Positions 28,205 through 41,929 of a stretch of DNA of 64,000 bases are shown here, piece after piece. A program made the translations under genes and the position numbers. Source of the DNA: Macrostomum lignano. Lineage: Eukaryota. How positions within the stretch are numbered: position 1 is the stretch's first letter; every line of letters starts with the position of its first letter. The notes under the pieces are model-generated. The model ran no database searches. It was not told the DNA's origin and was given only the letters and a program-made list of their open reading frames with translations. The DNA lies in assembly GCA_002269645.1 (NCBI GenBank), contig NIVC01001066.1, forward strand, positions 1 through 64,000. The letters are read 5' to 3'.

Positions 28205-28445
28205 CGCCTTTGGCGACATCGTCCACAACAGCAGCGCTGAGGCAATTCTGCCCATTCAAGCGCGCCAATACTGTACTCAGGCAAACACTCACACACAAGC
28301 TCATACAGGGTGCACAGCGGCCCCGACTTTCTAATCGTCAGGCATGTGCACTCTGATCAAACGACGACCACCCTAGAAACTGTTTCGTGCACAAACCCCA
28401 AATAAATGTGGTTTCACACGGAATCGAACCAGAGGGTCGGTGGCG
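28205..28445 (-). mobile_element. SINE family A copy; head abuts a (GACA)n array
   Basis: B-box GGTTCGATTCC at 28420-28430 (minus). The body GAGTG.ACATGCCTGACGATTAGA..GTC is shared with 53915. Confidence 0.65.
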
Positions 28446-28446
28446 C

Positions 28447-28568
28447 ACAGACAGACAGACAGACAGACAAGCAGGCAGGTAGACAGACAGACAGACAGAC
28501 AGAGACAGACAGACAGACAAGCAGGCAGGTAGAAAGACAGACAGACAGACAGACAGAGACAGACAGAA

Positions 28569-28637
<69 letters not shown>

Positions 28638-28638
28638 C

Positions 28639-28679
<41 letters not shown>

Positions 28680-28744
28680 GACAGACAGACAGACAAGCAG
28701 GCAGGTAGAAAGACAGACAGACAGACAGACAGAGACAGACAGAA

Positions 28745-28813
<69 letters not shown>

Positions 28814-28814
28814 C

Positions 28815-28899
<85 letters not shown>

Positions 28900-28900
28900 A

Positions 28901-28939
<39 letters not shown>

Positions 28940-28990
28940 AAGACAGACAGACAGGCAGACAGAGACAGACAGACAGACAGACAGACCGAC
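28447..28990. repeat. (GACA)n microsatellite with duplicated variant blocks
   Basis: Direct reading. Confidence 0.95.
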
Positions 28991-29109
28991 AAAGAGATGG
29001 CAGACACATTTGCAACAGGCAGACGGACAGGAACTATAAATTTAAAATGCAAAAGCATTCTCTTTAACTTGAAACAAAAACTGGCAACAAAAAATGGCGT
29101 CATGCTTAC

Positions 29110-29182
29110 GCCAGCAATTGAGTGTGGCCTGTCACCTGACCAATGAATGGGACAGAACGTCGCGATGAGTGGAGTAGGGAGT
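29110..29182 (-). CDS. Same gene, 73-nt exon (LPTPLIATFCPIHWSGDRPHSIAG)
   Basis: gccag| acceptor and |gtaagc donor. The phase 2-to-0 pattern exactly bridges the flanking exons. Confidence 0.5.
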
Positions 29183-29679
29183 CTGGCAGCGGACAGAATT
29201 GCGTGCCCAGCCTTGGACCGCACACAGCTCACTTGCCTCCCCCCCCCAAATCAATCAATCAGCAAACAGTACCATTCCCATTGGCGTGAATTGGGCCAGT
29301 TTGTGATAAGCAGTGAGCAAAATGTATAAAAATGAAATGGAAGGAAGCTATTGAGCCAGACTCCAGCTATTCCCCAACTAGCTAATAATACTAATTGACT
29401 GCTGTCTACACTTGCTGGATAATGAGCGGGCCATTTACTAATGAATCAATTCTGCGAGTATATAGTTCAGGCTAAAATCCTTCACTACCTGACGGGACGA
29501 TTGACACTCACTGCAAGAATAAAAGTCCATTAACATTATTTTTACTTATAATCTGTTAAAAGTCAGACAATACCGTAGTAACTGCTAAACAGAGCAAAGT
29601 AATGTATAGATGTTCACATTCGTACCAACTTTTTGCATGTGCTTTTTGCCATTCCGGATTAGGGGGCATAGTTGCATTT

Positions 29680-29950
29680 AGGCATAGTTGTCTAGAACGG
29701 CGCCAGCGCTTATGGTGCCAGCGGCCAAGGCTCGATTTCTCGGCTTGGCTCTGCTCGTGCAATTAACGCCCTTAAGGGCCAACCCTTAAGGATAAAAAAA
29801 GTTAGAGCCGCTGTACACTCCTGTGTGAGTGTGTACCTGTGCGTATGACTGCGTACGTATCCGCGCGCTTGAGTGCCTGCTCAGGGGGGTCCGCGGAATG
29901 GGCAGCAATGCCTCTCCCCGGTTGTGTGCCAATGTCGCTTAAAGTGCGCC
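29680..29950 (+). mobile_element. SINE family A copy
   Basis: Shares the body with 24830-24880 and the GCCGCTGTACAC..CTGTG block. Confidence 0.6.
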
Positions 29951-30226
29951 AATGAGCTTTTTGGATTCAAAAGTGCCATTTTTGGATCCAATGGTGCCAT
30001 ATTGAATCGAACGGTGCCCCTTTTTAGATATGAAATTTTTAGAATATAGGATGGCACTGTTGTGCTATTTTCGATGCTGAAGGGCCATTTGGAATTTTGA
30101 AGTTACCATCCGAGCATAAATTTGAAGTATTGTACATTAGTGATACATTTATTTAATGCATTCAGTTAAACTACTGGTTACTGCTACCTGTACATGAGCA
30201 CTTGCTAATCATGCGATTGCTCCTAC

Positions 30227-30375
30227 CCGATCAAATTTGCCGCCTCCAGTTCGAACGCCCCGAAGCCGCTGCCGCCGCCTCCGCCCACGCTACCGTTCGC
30301 GGCGTCGGAGTTTCCGGCTGCCGCTGTGTCCGGCAAATCGTCCAGATCTTCAGCTGACGGCTGCTGCTGCGCGTC
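30227..30375 (-). CDS. Same gene, exon (DAQQQPSAED...FELEAANLIG)
   Basis: Acceptor cag|GAC (phase 0) and donor GG|gtagga (phase 2), 149 nt, GCx/GGC-rich codons. Confidence 0.65.
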
Positions 30376-30449
30376 CTGGCCATTGGTAAGTGAAGAAAGG
30401 TTTTGATAAATTTCAAAACTGATGCAGCGCAAGAATGAAAGCTGCTGGA

Positions 30450-31150
30450 TCTCAGACCTCGTATCTATTGGATCTCAAATCTACCGAAACTCATATCTAT
30501 TGGATCTCAAATCTACCGAACCTCAAATCTATTGGATCTCAAATCTACCGAACCTCATATCTATTGGATCTCAAATCTACCGAACCTCATATCTATTGGA
30601 TCTCAAATCTACCGAAACTCATATATATTGGATCACAAATCTACCGAAACTCATATCTATTGGATCTCAAATCTACGGAACCTCATATCTATTGGATCTC
30701 AAATCTACCGAACCTCAAATCTATTGGATCTCAAATCTACCGAACCTCATATCTATTGGATCTCAAATCTACCGAACCTCATATATATTGGATCTCAAAT
30801 CTACCGAACCTCATATCTATTGGATCTCAAATTTACCGAACCTCATATCTATTGGATCTCAAATCTACCGAACCTCATATATATTGGATCTCAAATCTAC
30901 CGAACCTCATATCTATTGGATCTCAAATTTACCGAACCTCATATCTATTGGATTTCAAATCTACCGAACCTCATATCTATTGGATCTCAAATCTACCGAA
31001 CCTCATATCTATTGGATCTCAAATCTACCGAACCTCATATCTAGTGGATCTCAAATCTACCGAACCTCAAATCTATTGGATCTCAAAACTACCGAACCTC
31101 AAATCTATTGGATCTCAAATCTACCGAACCTCATATCTATTGGATCTCAA
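30450..31150. repeat. 32-bp minisatellite (CTATTGGATCTCAAATCTACCGAACCTCATAT), about 22 copies
   Basis: Direct reading. Confidence 0.95.
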
Positions 31151-31833
31151 CGCAACCGAAGCACGGAATTCCTAGCTAGCCCAAGACGAATCCGTAAAAA
31201 AGTACAGAGAATCAGAGATAGCAAATTAAGCTGAAAAAATGCGCATACGAAGAGGCAAGGATAAGAGGGCGGTAGCGCGAGTGCACAAAGTAACAAGTAA
31301 TGCCAATTATGGCCAGATCTTTGTGGTCGGGGTCACAGCAAATAAAGTGGAGTGCACACAGACTGACTAGCACTAAAAACTGTCTTCGTTGAAGCCTAAA
31401 AATAAAACCGAAAGAGAGAAAACACACAGATAGAGAAGATAGAAAATGAGGCAGGAGGCGGAGGTGGAGAATAGCACAGGCAGTCATAACCCCCCCCCCC
31501 CCATGGGAAAGTAATAACAAGAATGGACCAGATATTTCAACTCTTGTTAAAGCGAGGCTTCGAAAGGCACCGGCGTGAGACAGGGGTGAGCTAGCTAGTG
31601 AAACTAGTGCGAAATAACCATAATACACAAGCGCACACGCACACAAATGGCCCCCCGTTGCTACCGGCTTGCCGCATAGCGCATTAAGCATCTAAGACTC
31701 AAGCATAAGCCGCCGCTTAGTATAGAAAGAAAACATTTCACTCGGCTGAACTAGAGCAGGGGTTGGCAACACATTTTTACCCCGAGGGCCAGATGCAGAA
31801 TCCAGCGCATGACTGCGGGCCGGACAAGAGAGA

Positions 31834-32255
31834 AAGACAAAACTCAATATTATTTGCGACGCGTTTCGGCTAAAACTAGCCATCTTCAGGCACTATCGAA
31901 CAGAATTTATTTCAACCTATTAAATACAATAACAAATTATCTACGATTATATTAAATACAAATTAAATATTTATTTAAAACAGCTATTGGTGTTTTAAGC
32001 TAGAGTACATTTGGGGCGCATACGCCTCATTCTCTCTCTCTCTCTCTCTCTTTTTTCTCTGTCCTGTCATTCCACAAAAAATATTATGAACATTGCTATA
32101 CTGTACATTGATCCTTTAGTCCTTTTATATCTTTTCAATACGTGATTTTGTCGTCTACACAGTATTTAATAGGTTGAAATAAATTCTGTTCGATAGTGCC
32201 TGAAGATGGCTAGTTTTAGCCGAAACGCGTCGCAAATAATATTGAGTTTTGTCTT
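31834..32255. ncRNA. Penelope-type minimal hammerhead ribozyme motif in a perfect 94-bp inverted repeat (31834-31927 / 32162-32255)
   Basis: CTGAAGA-T-GGCTA-GTTT-TAGCC-GAAA-CGCGTC: conserved core, 5-bp stem II, palindromic ACGCGT stem III, and only 3 bp of stem I (TGC/GCA). Confidence 0.7.
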
Positions 32256-33824
32256 ACTATTATCTGTTAAGAGTGCTTCTCTACCGCAAGAGAGAAAGAA
32301 GAGAGAGGAAAGCACGAGAAGAGAAAATAGAGGAGAGAAGACAGAGGAGGGAAGAGAGAATAGAAAAAGGGAGAGGAGAGGAGAGAAGAGGGAGATGAGG
32401 ACAGAAGAGAGAGTAGAGAAGAGAGGAGAGGAGAGGGGAGAGGGAAGAGTCCTCAAAGCCCAAACCCCAAAGCACTGAAACGGTAACGCAGATGTCAAAG
32501 CAAAGTGCCGATATTGTATATCTTTCTCAAAACTATTACTCCTCAGGGGAGTGAGAGTGATTAAAGAAGAAAGAATAGGAGAGAGAGACGAGAGACGAGA
32601 GGAGACAGGAGAGAAGATTGGAGACAAGGGAGCAGTTGAGAAGAGACACAAACGGATTGCTATTGTGAAGTTTTACGGGGGACCCCGACGGCCGGACATG
32701 AGGCTTCGCGGGCCGCAGTTTGCCGACCCCTGAACTAGAGATAGAAAAGTGAGTAGAGGTGCGGGGAGAAAAACAAAACGGACCCAAGCACGAAGCACAG
32801 AGAGAAGTGTTTGGTGTCTTCGTAATAAATAAACTTTTACCGCAGAGCAGACAGGCCCCCCAAATTGAACTAATTCTAAATCACTTGTGGTATATCAAAC
32901 ACACGCGTCCATGACACTTGTTCAAGGATAAAATAGCACAACATTTCTGATATTGAATAGCCAGCCAAACTTAACAGAAGTGACTGGCCCCTAGTATAAG
33001 ATTGCACAGACTTAGCGCACTGACATATAAGCTAAAATGGCGCAGGTGGGAAAGGCAAGACAAGGGTATGCACAACCTATCTCTCTCCCTCTCTTTCTCC
33101 ACCTCTCAACCGCCCGCGCTTGCACTTTACGCAGACCGAACAGATTCGGAATTCAGCCACTCAACCCCCTTCCAGAGCGCGGGCTAGACCAAGGAGTCCT
33201 TAGAGCTAGAACCTGAAGCAATAGTCCCCTCACCTTTAGACAACTCTAGGCTGACTGCAGTTTATTACATAAACTAATCATAACTTCGGTTTGGTGTTAA
33301 ACTGATTCCTTACAACAAATTTTGCCTACAGTTATCTGAAAATGGTGGGTAGAGCGGTCTACTACTACTCCAGGATTCTGGTGCCAGAATTCTTTGGCTG
33401 GATAAAAACAACATTTCGGAATAGACAGAAATTTTCAAGCCCAGCAGCTGCACAGCAGTGAGTGGGACGTGGAGACCCTCGTGCAGACTGACTGCACTCG
33501 GTGTACTGGGCTGGCTTGGCTTGTGGCGGCTTGGTTGCTGCACTTTTTAACTACTAATATAAAAGTATTTGCTATTTTATCTATAGGTGTGTGTTGCCGC
33601 AATCAGTGACTAATGCAGAGGTTGGCAAATTTTTCTTACCTCAATGGCCGGATAAATAATAAAAGGACTAGAGGAAAGCTGAGAAAAGACACAAATCTCT
33701 TCTCTTCCAAAAAGCCGGATAGAGAGGCTTCATGGGCCGGAGTTTTCCGGGGGTAGGGTTTCATATCTCCGAAAGCAGCTTCTTTCACAACTCTGACACT
33801 CCACACTCCGTATCTGCGACAATT

Positions 33825-34460
33825 CATATCTCCTAAATTTCATCTCGCCGACACTTCATATCTCCGACATTTCATATCTCCGACACTTCATATCTCCTAA
33901 ATTTAATCTCGCCGACACTTCATATCTCCGACACTTCATATCTCCGACACTTCATATCTTCGAAATTTCATATCTCCGACACTTCATATCTCCTAAATTT
34001 AATCTCGCCGACACTTCATACCTCCGACACTTCATATCTCCGACATTTCATATCTCCGACACTTCATATCTCGGACACTTCATATCTCCTAAATTTAATC
34101 TCGCCGACACTTCATATCTTCGACACTTCATATCTTCGACATTTCATATCTCCGACACTTCATATCTTCGACATTTCATATCTCCGACACTTCATACCTC
34201 CGACACTTCATATCTCCGACATTTCATATCTCCGACACTTCATATCTCGGACACTTCATATCTCCTAAATTTAATCTCGCCGACACTTCATATCTCCGAC
34301 ACTTCATATCTTCGAAATTTCATATCTCCTAAATTTAATCTTTCTGACACTTAATCTCTCCGAAATTCATATCTCCGAAACTTAACCTCAACGAATTTCA
34401 TATCTCCGACATTTTATATATTCGACACTTCGTATTTCTGAAAGTTCATATCTCCGACAA
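33825..34460. repeat. About 16-bp minisatellite (CCGACACTTCATATCT)
   Basis: Direct reading. Confidence 0.9.
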
Positions 34461-35504
34461 GAGTTTAGCAAGCCTCTTTCACAACTTCGAAGCTTCATAA
34501 ATCGAAGTATGCAAACTTCTTTTGCAAAGATCCTTTTGCCCCCCCCCCCAACCTTAAGATTTATTGAATCTGTATGGCCAGGTAAAATAGAGTGTTAATA
34601 TTGAGACCCCATCAACAAGAAAGTACAGGAAGAACTTCAATTTCTAAAATACTTAACTTTGATTCATCTAGTCATCGACCACTGCCGAAAGTGAAGGCAC
34701 TTCCGCTGTGCTGAGCCAAATGGTGGGTTTTATCAATAGCATGGAGTCTAACTGTGTTAAGCTAAGCTCAATTCTTCAAATCACAATTTTCAGTTTAAAC
34801 GAATTTCATATCAGTTAAAGCACGGATTAAAATGCTTGCAGCGAAAGCTTCAAATCTGACCAGAACGGAAATCGCTCACAAAGGCGTGACTACCAGGGAC
34901 TTTATTATCACTAGCTTCTTTAGTACCAGAAGTTCCCTAAATACACTTTGATTACCGCATTGTAATTCGCCTAAACAGATTTTCATTACCCTTTATAAAT
35001 CCTTTAAATAGCTTCTCAGTGCCCTAGATAACTCCCCTAAACAGCTTCTCGTTATCTAAAGAAATCTTCCTAAAGTTAGAGTATACGCTAATGATAGTCA
35101 TACTCGTACAGATAGTGGGAATCAACTTCCTTTCCTTTGATGGTGCGAAAACAATATCAGTGATGTTCATTTCGCTTTTACACTTCATGGATAATACTCT
35201 TAATGTGGCGTTGTAATACAGGTATCAACTAATTATAGGAGAAAGTCTAGTCTGAGGGGTTTATCTTACCGGAACTGTTGCCATTAGCAGCGGGTGCGAG
35301 GCAGTCGTCTCTGACTGCACTGCTACAGCAGAAACTTGAAACATTGCGCTAACAATCTGCGTCCCTAATTAGGATATTCTTCGAAAAAATCCCTTATAGC
35401 TAAGTTTGCTGTGCTGAAATGCTTTGCTAAAGACTTTAGACAGGATTAAACTAAGACACCTCCGTTCTCTAAGCACTGCTTCCATTATGGTCAATGGTCA
35501 TGGA

Positions 35505-36115
35505 GGACAGGGGAAACAGGCTACTCAAGGACAGGGAAACAGGCTACTCAAGGACAGGGGAACAGGCTATTTGAAGACAGGGAGACAGGCTACTCGAGGA
35601 CAGGGGAAACAGGCTACTTGAAGATAGGGGAAACAGGCTACTTGAAGACAGGGGAAACAGGCTACTTGAAGACAGGGGAAACAGGCTACTTGAAGACAGG
35701 GGAAACAGGCTACTTGAAGACAGGGGAACCAGGCTACTCGAGGAGAAGAGAAACAGGCTACTTGAAGACAGGGGGAACAGGCTACTTGAAGACAGGGGAA
35801 CAGGCTACTTGAAGACAGGGGGAACAGGCTACTTGAAGACAGGGGAAACAGGCTACTTGAAGACAGGGGAAAACAGGCTACTTGAAGACAGGGGAATAGG
35901 CTACTTGAAGACAGGGGAACAGGCTACTTGAAGACAGGGGAAACAGGTTATTTTAGGACAGGGGGAAACAGGCTACTTGAAGACAGGGGGAACAGGCTAC
36001 TTGAAGACAGGGGAACAGGCTACTTGAAGACAGTGGGAAACAGGCTACTTAAAGACAGAGGAAACAGGCTTTAGAGTATTGATTTAAGTACATGGGAAAC
36101 AGGCTACTGAAGGAC
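35505..36115. repeat. About 24-bp minisatellite (GAAGACAGGGGAAACAGGCTACTT)
   Basis: Direct reading. Confidence 0.9.
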
Positions 36116-36380
36116 AGGGGAATAAGCTAGTTAAAATCTGAACTAAAAATGGTTTGCCTGTAGTAGGTATCTATGTCTGTCGGTATGTGATCGTTTTCAG
36201 AAAAACCGCCTCAACCAATTTTCTTCAAACTTGCACCATAGACAACTGAAATTCAGAGGCCTAGATTAACAGGCTAATCAAGAACTGAAGCCTGGATCAA
36301 CAAGCTAATCAAGGACTGGGGATTTCGTACAACAGTCTACAAAAGTACAATCAACAATACAGAGCAAGGCACCAACGCAC

Positions 36381-36590
36381 CTCAGGCGATTCCGCAGTAC
36401 AGTAATCGTCGGTCTGCTCAGCAGGAGCAGCTGCTGCATCAGGTTCCTCCGCTTTCCCAGACACCTTTGCTGCCTTATCGTCTGAGCCAAGTGTTTCAGT
36501 CGGTATCTTTTGCTCCTGCTCTTGATCATCAGACTTTGGCACCTCAGCCTCTGGTGTCTGCTGCACATCATTGTTGCTAGTTTCAGTCAT
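36381..36590 (-). CDS. Unidentified low-complexity gene, first coding exon (MTETSNN...AESPE, acidic)
   Basis: Acceptor tttttatcag| at 36598, ATG at 36590, donor GAG|gtgcgt (phase 0); 70 codons. Confidence 0.7.
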
Positions 36591-36959
36591 AATTACCACT
36601 GATAAAAACTGTTCACTCTTCTTCTTTGCTGCTAAAAACTTTTCCTTCCGATTTTGTTAATAATAAAAATGATAAAGTTAAATCAATATATCAAGGCTTT
36701 GAATGATTTCTTGCCGCAGTAAATGACAATCAAATTGACTAATTATGAGATGCAGCTAAAAAATAAAAAAAAATTGTCAACTAAAAATGTAAGTACCTGA
36801 GAATAAAAGAATATATATTTCGAATTTGTCTTTAGTCTGTTTATTAATTTAATAAAAATTCTTTGTAAACTGCCGCTGTTGAGTTGGATGACTGGGTCAA
36901 GTTGACGGGCGGCTCTGCTGCATGCATTCGATAAATGGACAACTTTTGAGCAATTGGTG

Positions 36960-37720
36960 GATAAGCTTTGAGCTGCGAGTGGGTAGATTTTAAGCAATTG
37001 GTGGATAAGCTTTGAGCTGCGAGTGAGTAGATTTTGAGCAACTGGCGGATAACCTTTGAGCTGCGAGTGAGTAGATTTTGAGCAACTGGCGGATTACCTT
37101 TGAGCTGCGAGTGAGTAGATTTTGAGCAACTGGCGGATAACCTTTGAGATGCGAGTGAGTAGATTTTGAGCAACTGGCGGATAACCTTTGAGCTGCGAGT
37201 GAGTAGATTTTGAGCAACTGGCGGATAACCTTTGAGCTGCGAGTGAGTAGATTTTGAGCAACTGGCGGATAACCTTTGAGCTGCGAGTGAGTAGATTTTG
37301 AGCAACTGGCGGATAACCTTTGAGCTGCGAGTGAGTAGATTTTGAGCAACTGGCGGATAACCTTTGAGATGCGAGTGAGTAGATTTTGAGCAACTGGCGG
37401 ATAACCTTTGAGCTGCGAGTGAGTAGATTTTGAGCAACTGGTAGACAAGATTTGAGCGTGAATGAGTAGATTTTGAGCAACTGGTAGACAAGATTTGAGC
37501 GTGAATGAGTAGATTTTGAGCAACTGGTAGACAAGATTTGAGCGTGAATGAGTAGATTTTGAGCAACTGGTAGACAAGATTTGAGCGTGAATGAGTAGAT
37601 TTTGAGCAACTGGTAGACAAGATTTGAGCGTGAATGAGTAGATTTTGAGCAACTGGTAGACAAGATTTGAGCGTGAATGAGTACATTTTGAGCAACTGGT
37701 GGAGAGTGAGTAGATTTTGA
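36960..37720. repeat. Two-variant minisatellite: 44-bp unit, then 43-bp unit
   Basis: Direct reading; variants switch at about 37440. Confidence 0.95.
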
Positions 37721-38054
37721 TTAGAGCGGTAACAAGCATCATTGCTGCATTAGCCAGTAGGCAGTCTATACCAAGAACATCTAGCCACAGTCGCACCCCG
37801 ACTGCCTGATCTCTGTAATCGAATTCGTACACACACAGTCTGAGGCTGGCTAAACATGGCTAATTATAACTAATTTTAACAAGCTAAACTACTGATTTCG
37901 GAGTCTGAGACAGAAGCGGCGCAATAACTAAGAGGGCTAGAAAAAATAAAAGAAGCGCAGAGAAAATAGACACAAGTTTTTCTCTCGCGCACGTAGGCGT
38001 AAAAAGAACACCGCAGCGCGCCCAACAGCAAGAAGGTCACAAGCGTTGTAAAGA

Positions 38055-38118
<64 letters not shown>

Positions 38119-39079
38119 AAAAGGAATTTCTGAATAAAAAAGGCAAAATGGCTTGTTGGACACGCGCGAGCATATGGCCAGCAATGACGGCGGCAAACCT
38201 AGGTTATGCATACACACCATACCGAGACTGCCCAGAGGGGGGGCTTTCTAATTCTTCAGTCGCCAGCCACTGTCGAATTTCGCACTCGCTTAACTAACTA
38301 TAAGGATAGAGGCGGGAAAATCTAAAAATAGCATCAACACAAGGATTTAGATTCGGAGATAGAGGGAGAGAGAGAGTGGGCCCGCTTTACACGCTGTAGC
38401 TTAGGCTTAGCTGGACCCTAATGCATCGCGCCCCGCCTATGCATACAAATATGACTTCCTCTACTCCTATGCTCGAGCGTGACATCAGTGACAGCATCGG
38501 AATGGGGGCAGAAGGGAAATGAGACAGAGCTTTGGGGGGAAGCTTAAAACAGCACGGCATGGATGAGAATGAGGAGAGTGTGGAGAATACGAAATGGATG
38601 CTGCATACAGACAAAAACGACAGGATTTATGCTGATGTGCTCAAGTGCTGATATTTGATACTTATTTGTGCAAACAGATATAGTAATATTAGACAGAAAG
38701 TATGCCAAGAAATGGATCACTCAGTAATTGAATTAAATTAAATAATTGGAAATATTATGCAGAGCAATAGATCAGCAAATTCAATGCATATTACTTGCAT
38801 CACAATTAAATTCTTACCTATAATGTATACCATACATTATAGTCAATTATATATCTTGCATTTTATAAAATTCTAAGAGTAATAAATATGCATCAGTATA
38901 ATAATTAAAAAGCTTGATTATAAGCTTAAAAAATAGAGCAATAAAGGCTTATTTGTAAACAAATTAATCTATACCATTGAAATGGTTGATAACTAATATA
39001 AGCATACTAACAATTAGTGTCCCCATTGAAGAAGCAAAAAAGAATGCAATAAGATTTTTTTGACCTTTTAGCAATTCCC

Positions 39080-39390
39080 TCTATCAGCCCTGACAGCTTA
39101 GCATTTCCCCCATAAGCTTTGATATCTCAGCAATTCCCCCATTAGCTTTGACATCTCAGAAATTCCTTTACTCAGCCTTGAAATCTTAGCAATTCCCCCA
39201 ATAAGACTTATCTTAACAATTCCCCCAATAAGACTTATCTTAGCAATTCCCCCAATAAGACTTATCTTAGCAATTCCCCCAATAAGCCTTATCGTAGCAA
39301 TTCCCCCAATAAGCCTTGATATCTTAGCAATTCTCCCTGTAAGCCTTGATATCTCAGCAATTCCTCTTGTAAGACCTGATATCTCAGCCA
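39080..39390. repeat. Degenerate ~27-30-bp minisatellite in the CpG-depleted island
   Basis: TAGCAATTCCCCCAATAAGACTTATCT units. Confidence 0.8.
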
Positions 39391-39759
39391 TCTTGACATG
39401 ATGCTTCTTTTATTCTAACATGATACTTATTTGATATTTTATATGATTAAAGAATATTTTTTAATATTTAATCACTTAACTATTGAGCAATTTCTTAGCC
39501 ACAATATATATTATCATAGGAAATTTTCTGATCAAATGATGTTGGCTTTATGAAAAAAAATGGTTGAACCATTCTTTTCTGAAATTATTTATATATGTAT
39601 CTATCTACCTAGAAACAAATCATTTTTAGTATTGAAAAAGACAACATTTAAGCAATATTATACTTCTAATCTATTACAAATCAAAATAAAAAATATAGAC
39701 GTTTATATAGTCAGTCAATTTTATTTTACTTTTTAGCAAGTCAAGATTGACCTTAAAAC

Positions 39760-40450
39760 TTGCATAGTGGCCCTCTTTGATCTACTGCCTCTCAGTTTCT
39801 TTGTCAAAGGTAAGGTGGCTTGAATGACATAGCATCTACTAAATGCCAGCATCAAAATCCTCTATATAAAAGCACCTACTAAATGGAAGCTTGTTTCATA
39901 TGGAAAACTGTGCCTCAACATTTTCAATTTGTGCTAGGCTAATAGTATCATCATCAATGGCATTGTCTCAATGCTCAATCTGAGACAATGCTACTCTATA
40001 GCTATTGACCCTTGTGATACCATCAATGACCATTGGAACTCTAGCGAGTACTGAATTGGAAGGTCACTGCAACCTACACTCAGTATACTAGGGTCAACTC
40101 AAAGCATTTCTTGCAATGCAAAGCTTTTTACCACTGGCAAAACTGATAAAAACATCATTTTTCATTCAGATAGCCCACTGCCTTGCATGCCATTAGTGGC
40201 TACAGTATCAATTGTGCTACAGTCCTTGACAATATTAAACTCTTTAACATGTTGGTTCTATCAACAAAATTACCCTTAAATAGATTTCCAGGGCATGTGG
40301 GGATCTAAGAGAATAAGCTGGCTAATACCCTTGCAAAAGTTGGCACCTCTAGCACTTTTCTTGGGCCCAAATATATTGTCTCAATTCCTAGCTATATTAT
40401 TTGCTCACATATCAAAATGTGGATTAGGACCAGTGTTGCCACTCACACAT
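39760..40450 (+). pseudogene. Decayed non-LTR retrotransposon (R1/LOA-like) RT C-terminus and RNase H
   Basis: With frameshifts it reads ALFDLLPL..., SVY*GQLKAF (SVFQAELxAI), IIFHSDS, ALHAISGYSIN, ITLK*IPGHVGI*ENKLANTLAKVG and FLGPK (F.GPEP). Confidence 0.75.
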
Positions 40451-40599
40451 TAGAGAAAAAATTTGTAGGCCTATAAAAAATTGCCAAATCCTTAGATTTC
40501 ATAGCACCCATAGTTCCAGCAGAGTTAGTGGACCTCATAGTGAATAGGCATACCTCCATTGTCAGCTGGTCCAGCTTAGCCAGTGGAATCACATTAGGA

Positions 40600-41330
40600 A
40601 GGTTCTTTGCTACAAACTAGACCTTCTTTGCTCTAATACAAGTAAAAGATGATATGTCCAGAAATATCAGGCTATGGAGCATTCTAGATTGAAATGGCAG
40701 GTTCTTCTATAGGTAGGTTGCAAGACCTTGAAGACAAAAAGCTAAGGCTTGGCACTTGGACCCTCACCCAGCAACTCTTTGGTGTTAAACTGATACCAAT
40801 TTTCTTCAATGGAAAGTGGAAAATAGCACTCTAGAAGTTGATTTGGTGCATATGATTCTTAGCCAGCATAGACTGCTGCACAAATTATATAGCAATGGAC
40901 TTAACAGTTGAATGTTCTGCTTGTGGATTTCATGAATGAGCAGTGTTGCCCTGCTATAGAAGGCGTAGGGCATAGATGGCAAAACTAATTGCCAATCAAG
41001 TCATAGTGTTCTGTAGAGCTTTTCCAATATGCTGTATTTGAGCATTGGATGCAGCCAGAGCATTGCAAGTATCTCAGCCAAGCTGTTTTACAAAATATGT
41101 CCCCAGCACACTCCATTGCTGCTGGAGTTGCTTGAGGCAGGGCAGCAGCACCAATCAGCACATTGGCACATTATGGAGGAATTTAAGTGTGACCATATTC
41201 ACTACCTCTTGAAGGGCTTTGAACTCCTTTGTCCTCTTTGGGCCCTTGGAAAATGCTTCTATGCTTCTATAAGTCACTGCCATTTAGTTTATATTTAAAT
41301 GAAAGTTATATAGCACAGGAGTAAAAATCA
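40600..41330 (-). pseudogene. Decayed hAT transposase fragment
   Basis: FSKGPKRTKEFKALQEVVNMVTLKFLHNVPMC*LVLLPCLKQLQQQWSVLGTYF resembles the hAT ...KxLxxxxTRWLS...RxLxQWxxLxxYF block. Downstream TLLIHEIH resembles PLIH. Confidence 0.65.
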
Positions 41331-41929
41331 ATCTCAACAAATAAAATTTGCAAGAGTGGCAACACTGATCACCACCTAGCATTGCTCAACTTTGGCACTT
41401 GGCACTATCCTTCAGCTTAGCCCTTTTATTAGCTTTAGAAGCTTCTCTGGCACCTCTTATAAAGAAACACCCAGGCTGCCACTGTATCTTAGGTTCTATG
41501 AACTTCCTAGGTGGTACCAACCTTTCATCTATAGCAATGCTTTGGCTATTCAAAAATTACCAAAATGGGCATCTATGCATTCCCAATATGCCTCTCAGAG
41601 ACAGCCTTGGAGCTTAAAGTTAACACCTTAAAATTTGATTAAATACATTCTAAGATAAGTATTTAAGGCCTAAATAGTAACAAACTAGCAATCTAGTGCC
41701 CCCCTTTGGGTCACCCAATAAGCAAAGAGCAAAAATTTTTCATGAAAATTAAAAAAATTTTTTTGTAAGAACCAATTCTTTCTTAAGTTTTAAAAATCAC
41801 CTTATTCAAGTAAAATTGTCATGGGCAGAGGTTTGCTATGAATCTTTTTTTTTCTAAAATTAACAAAGACAACAAAATAAAGCTTTCACAAAGATAACAG
41901 ACATTCCCCCTAAATAGAAAACATAACTA

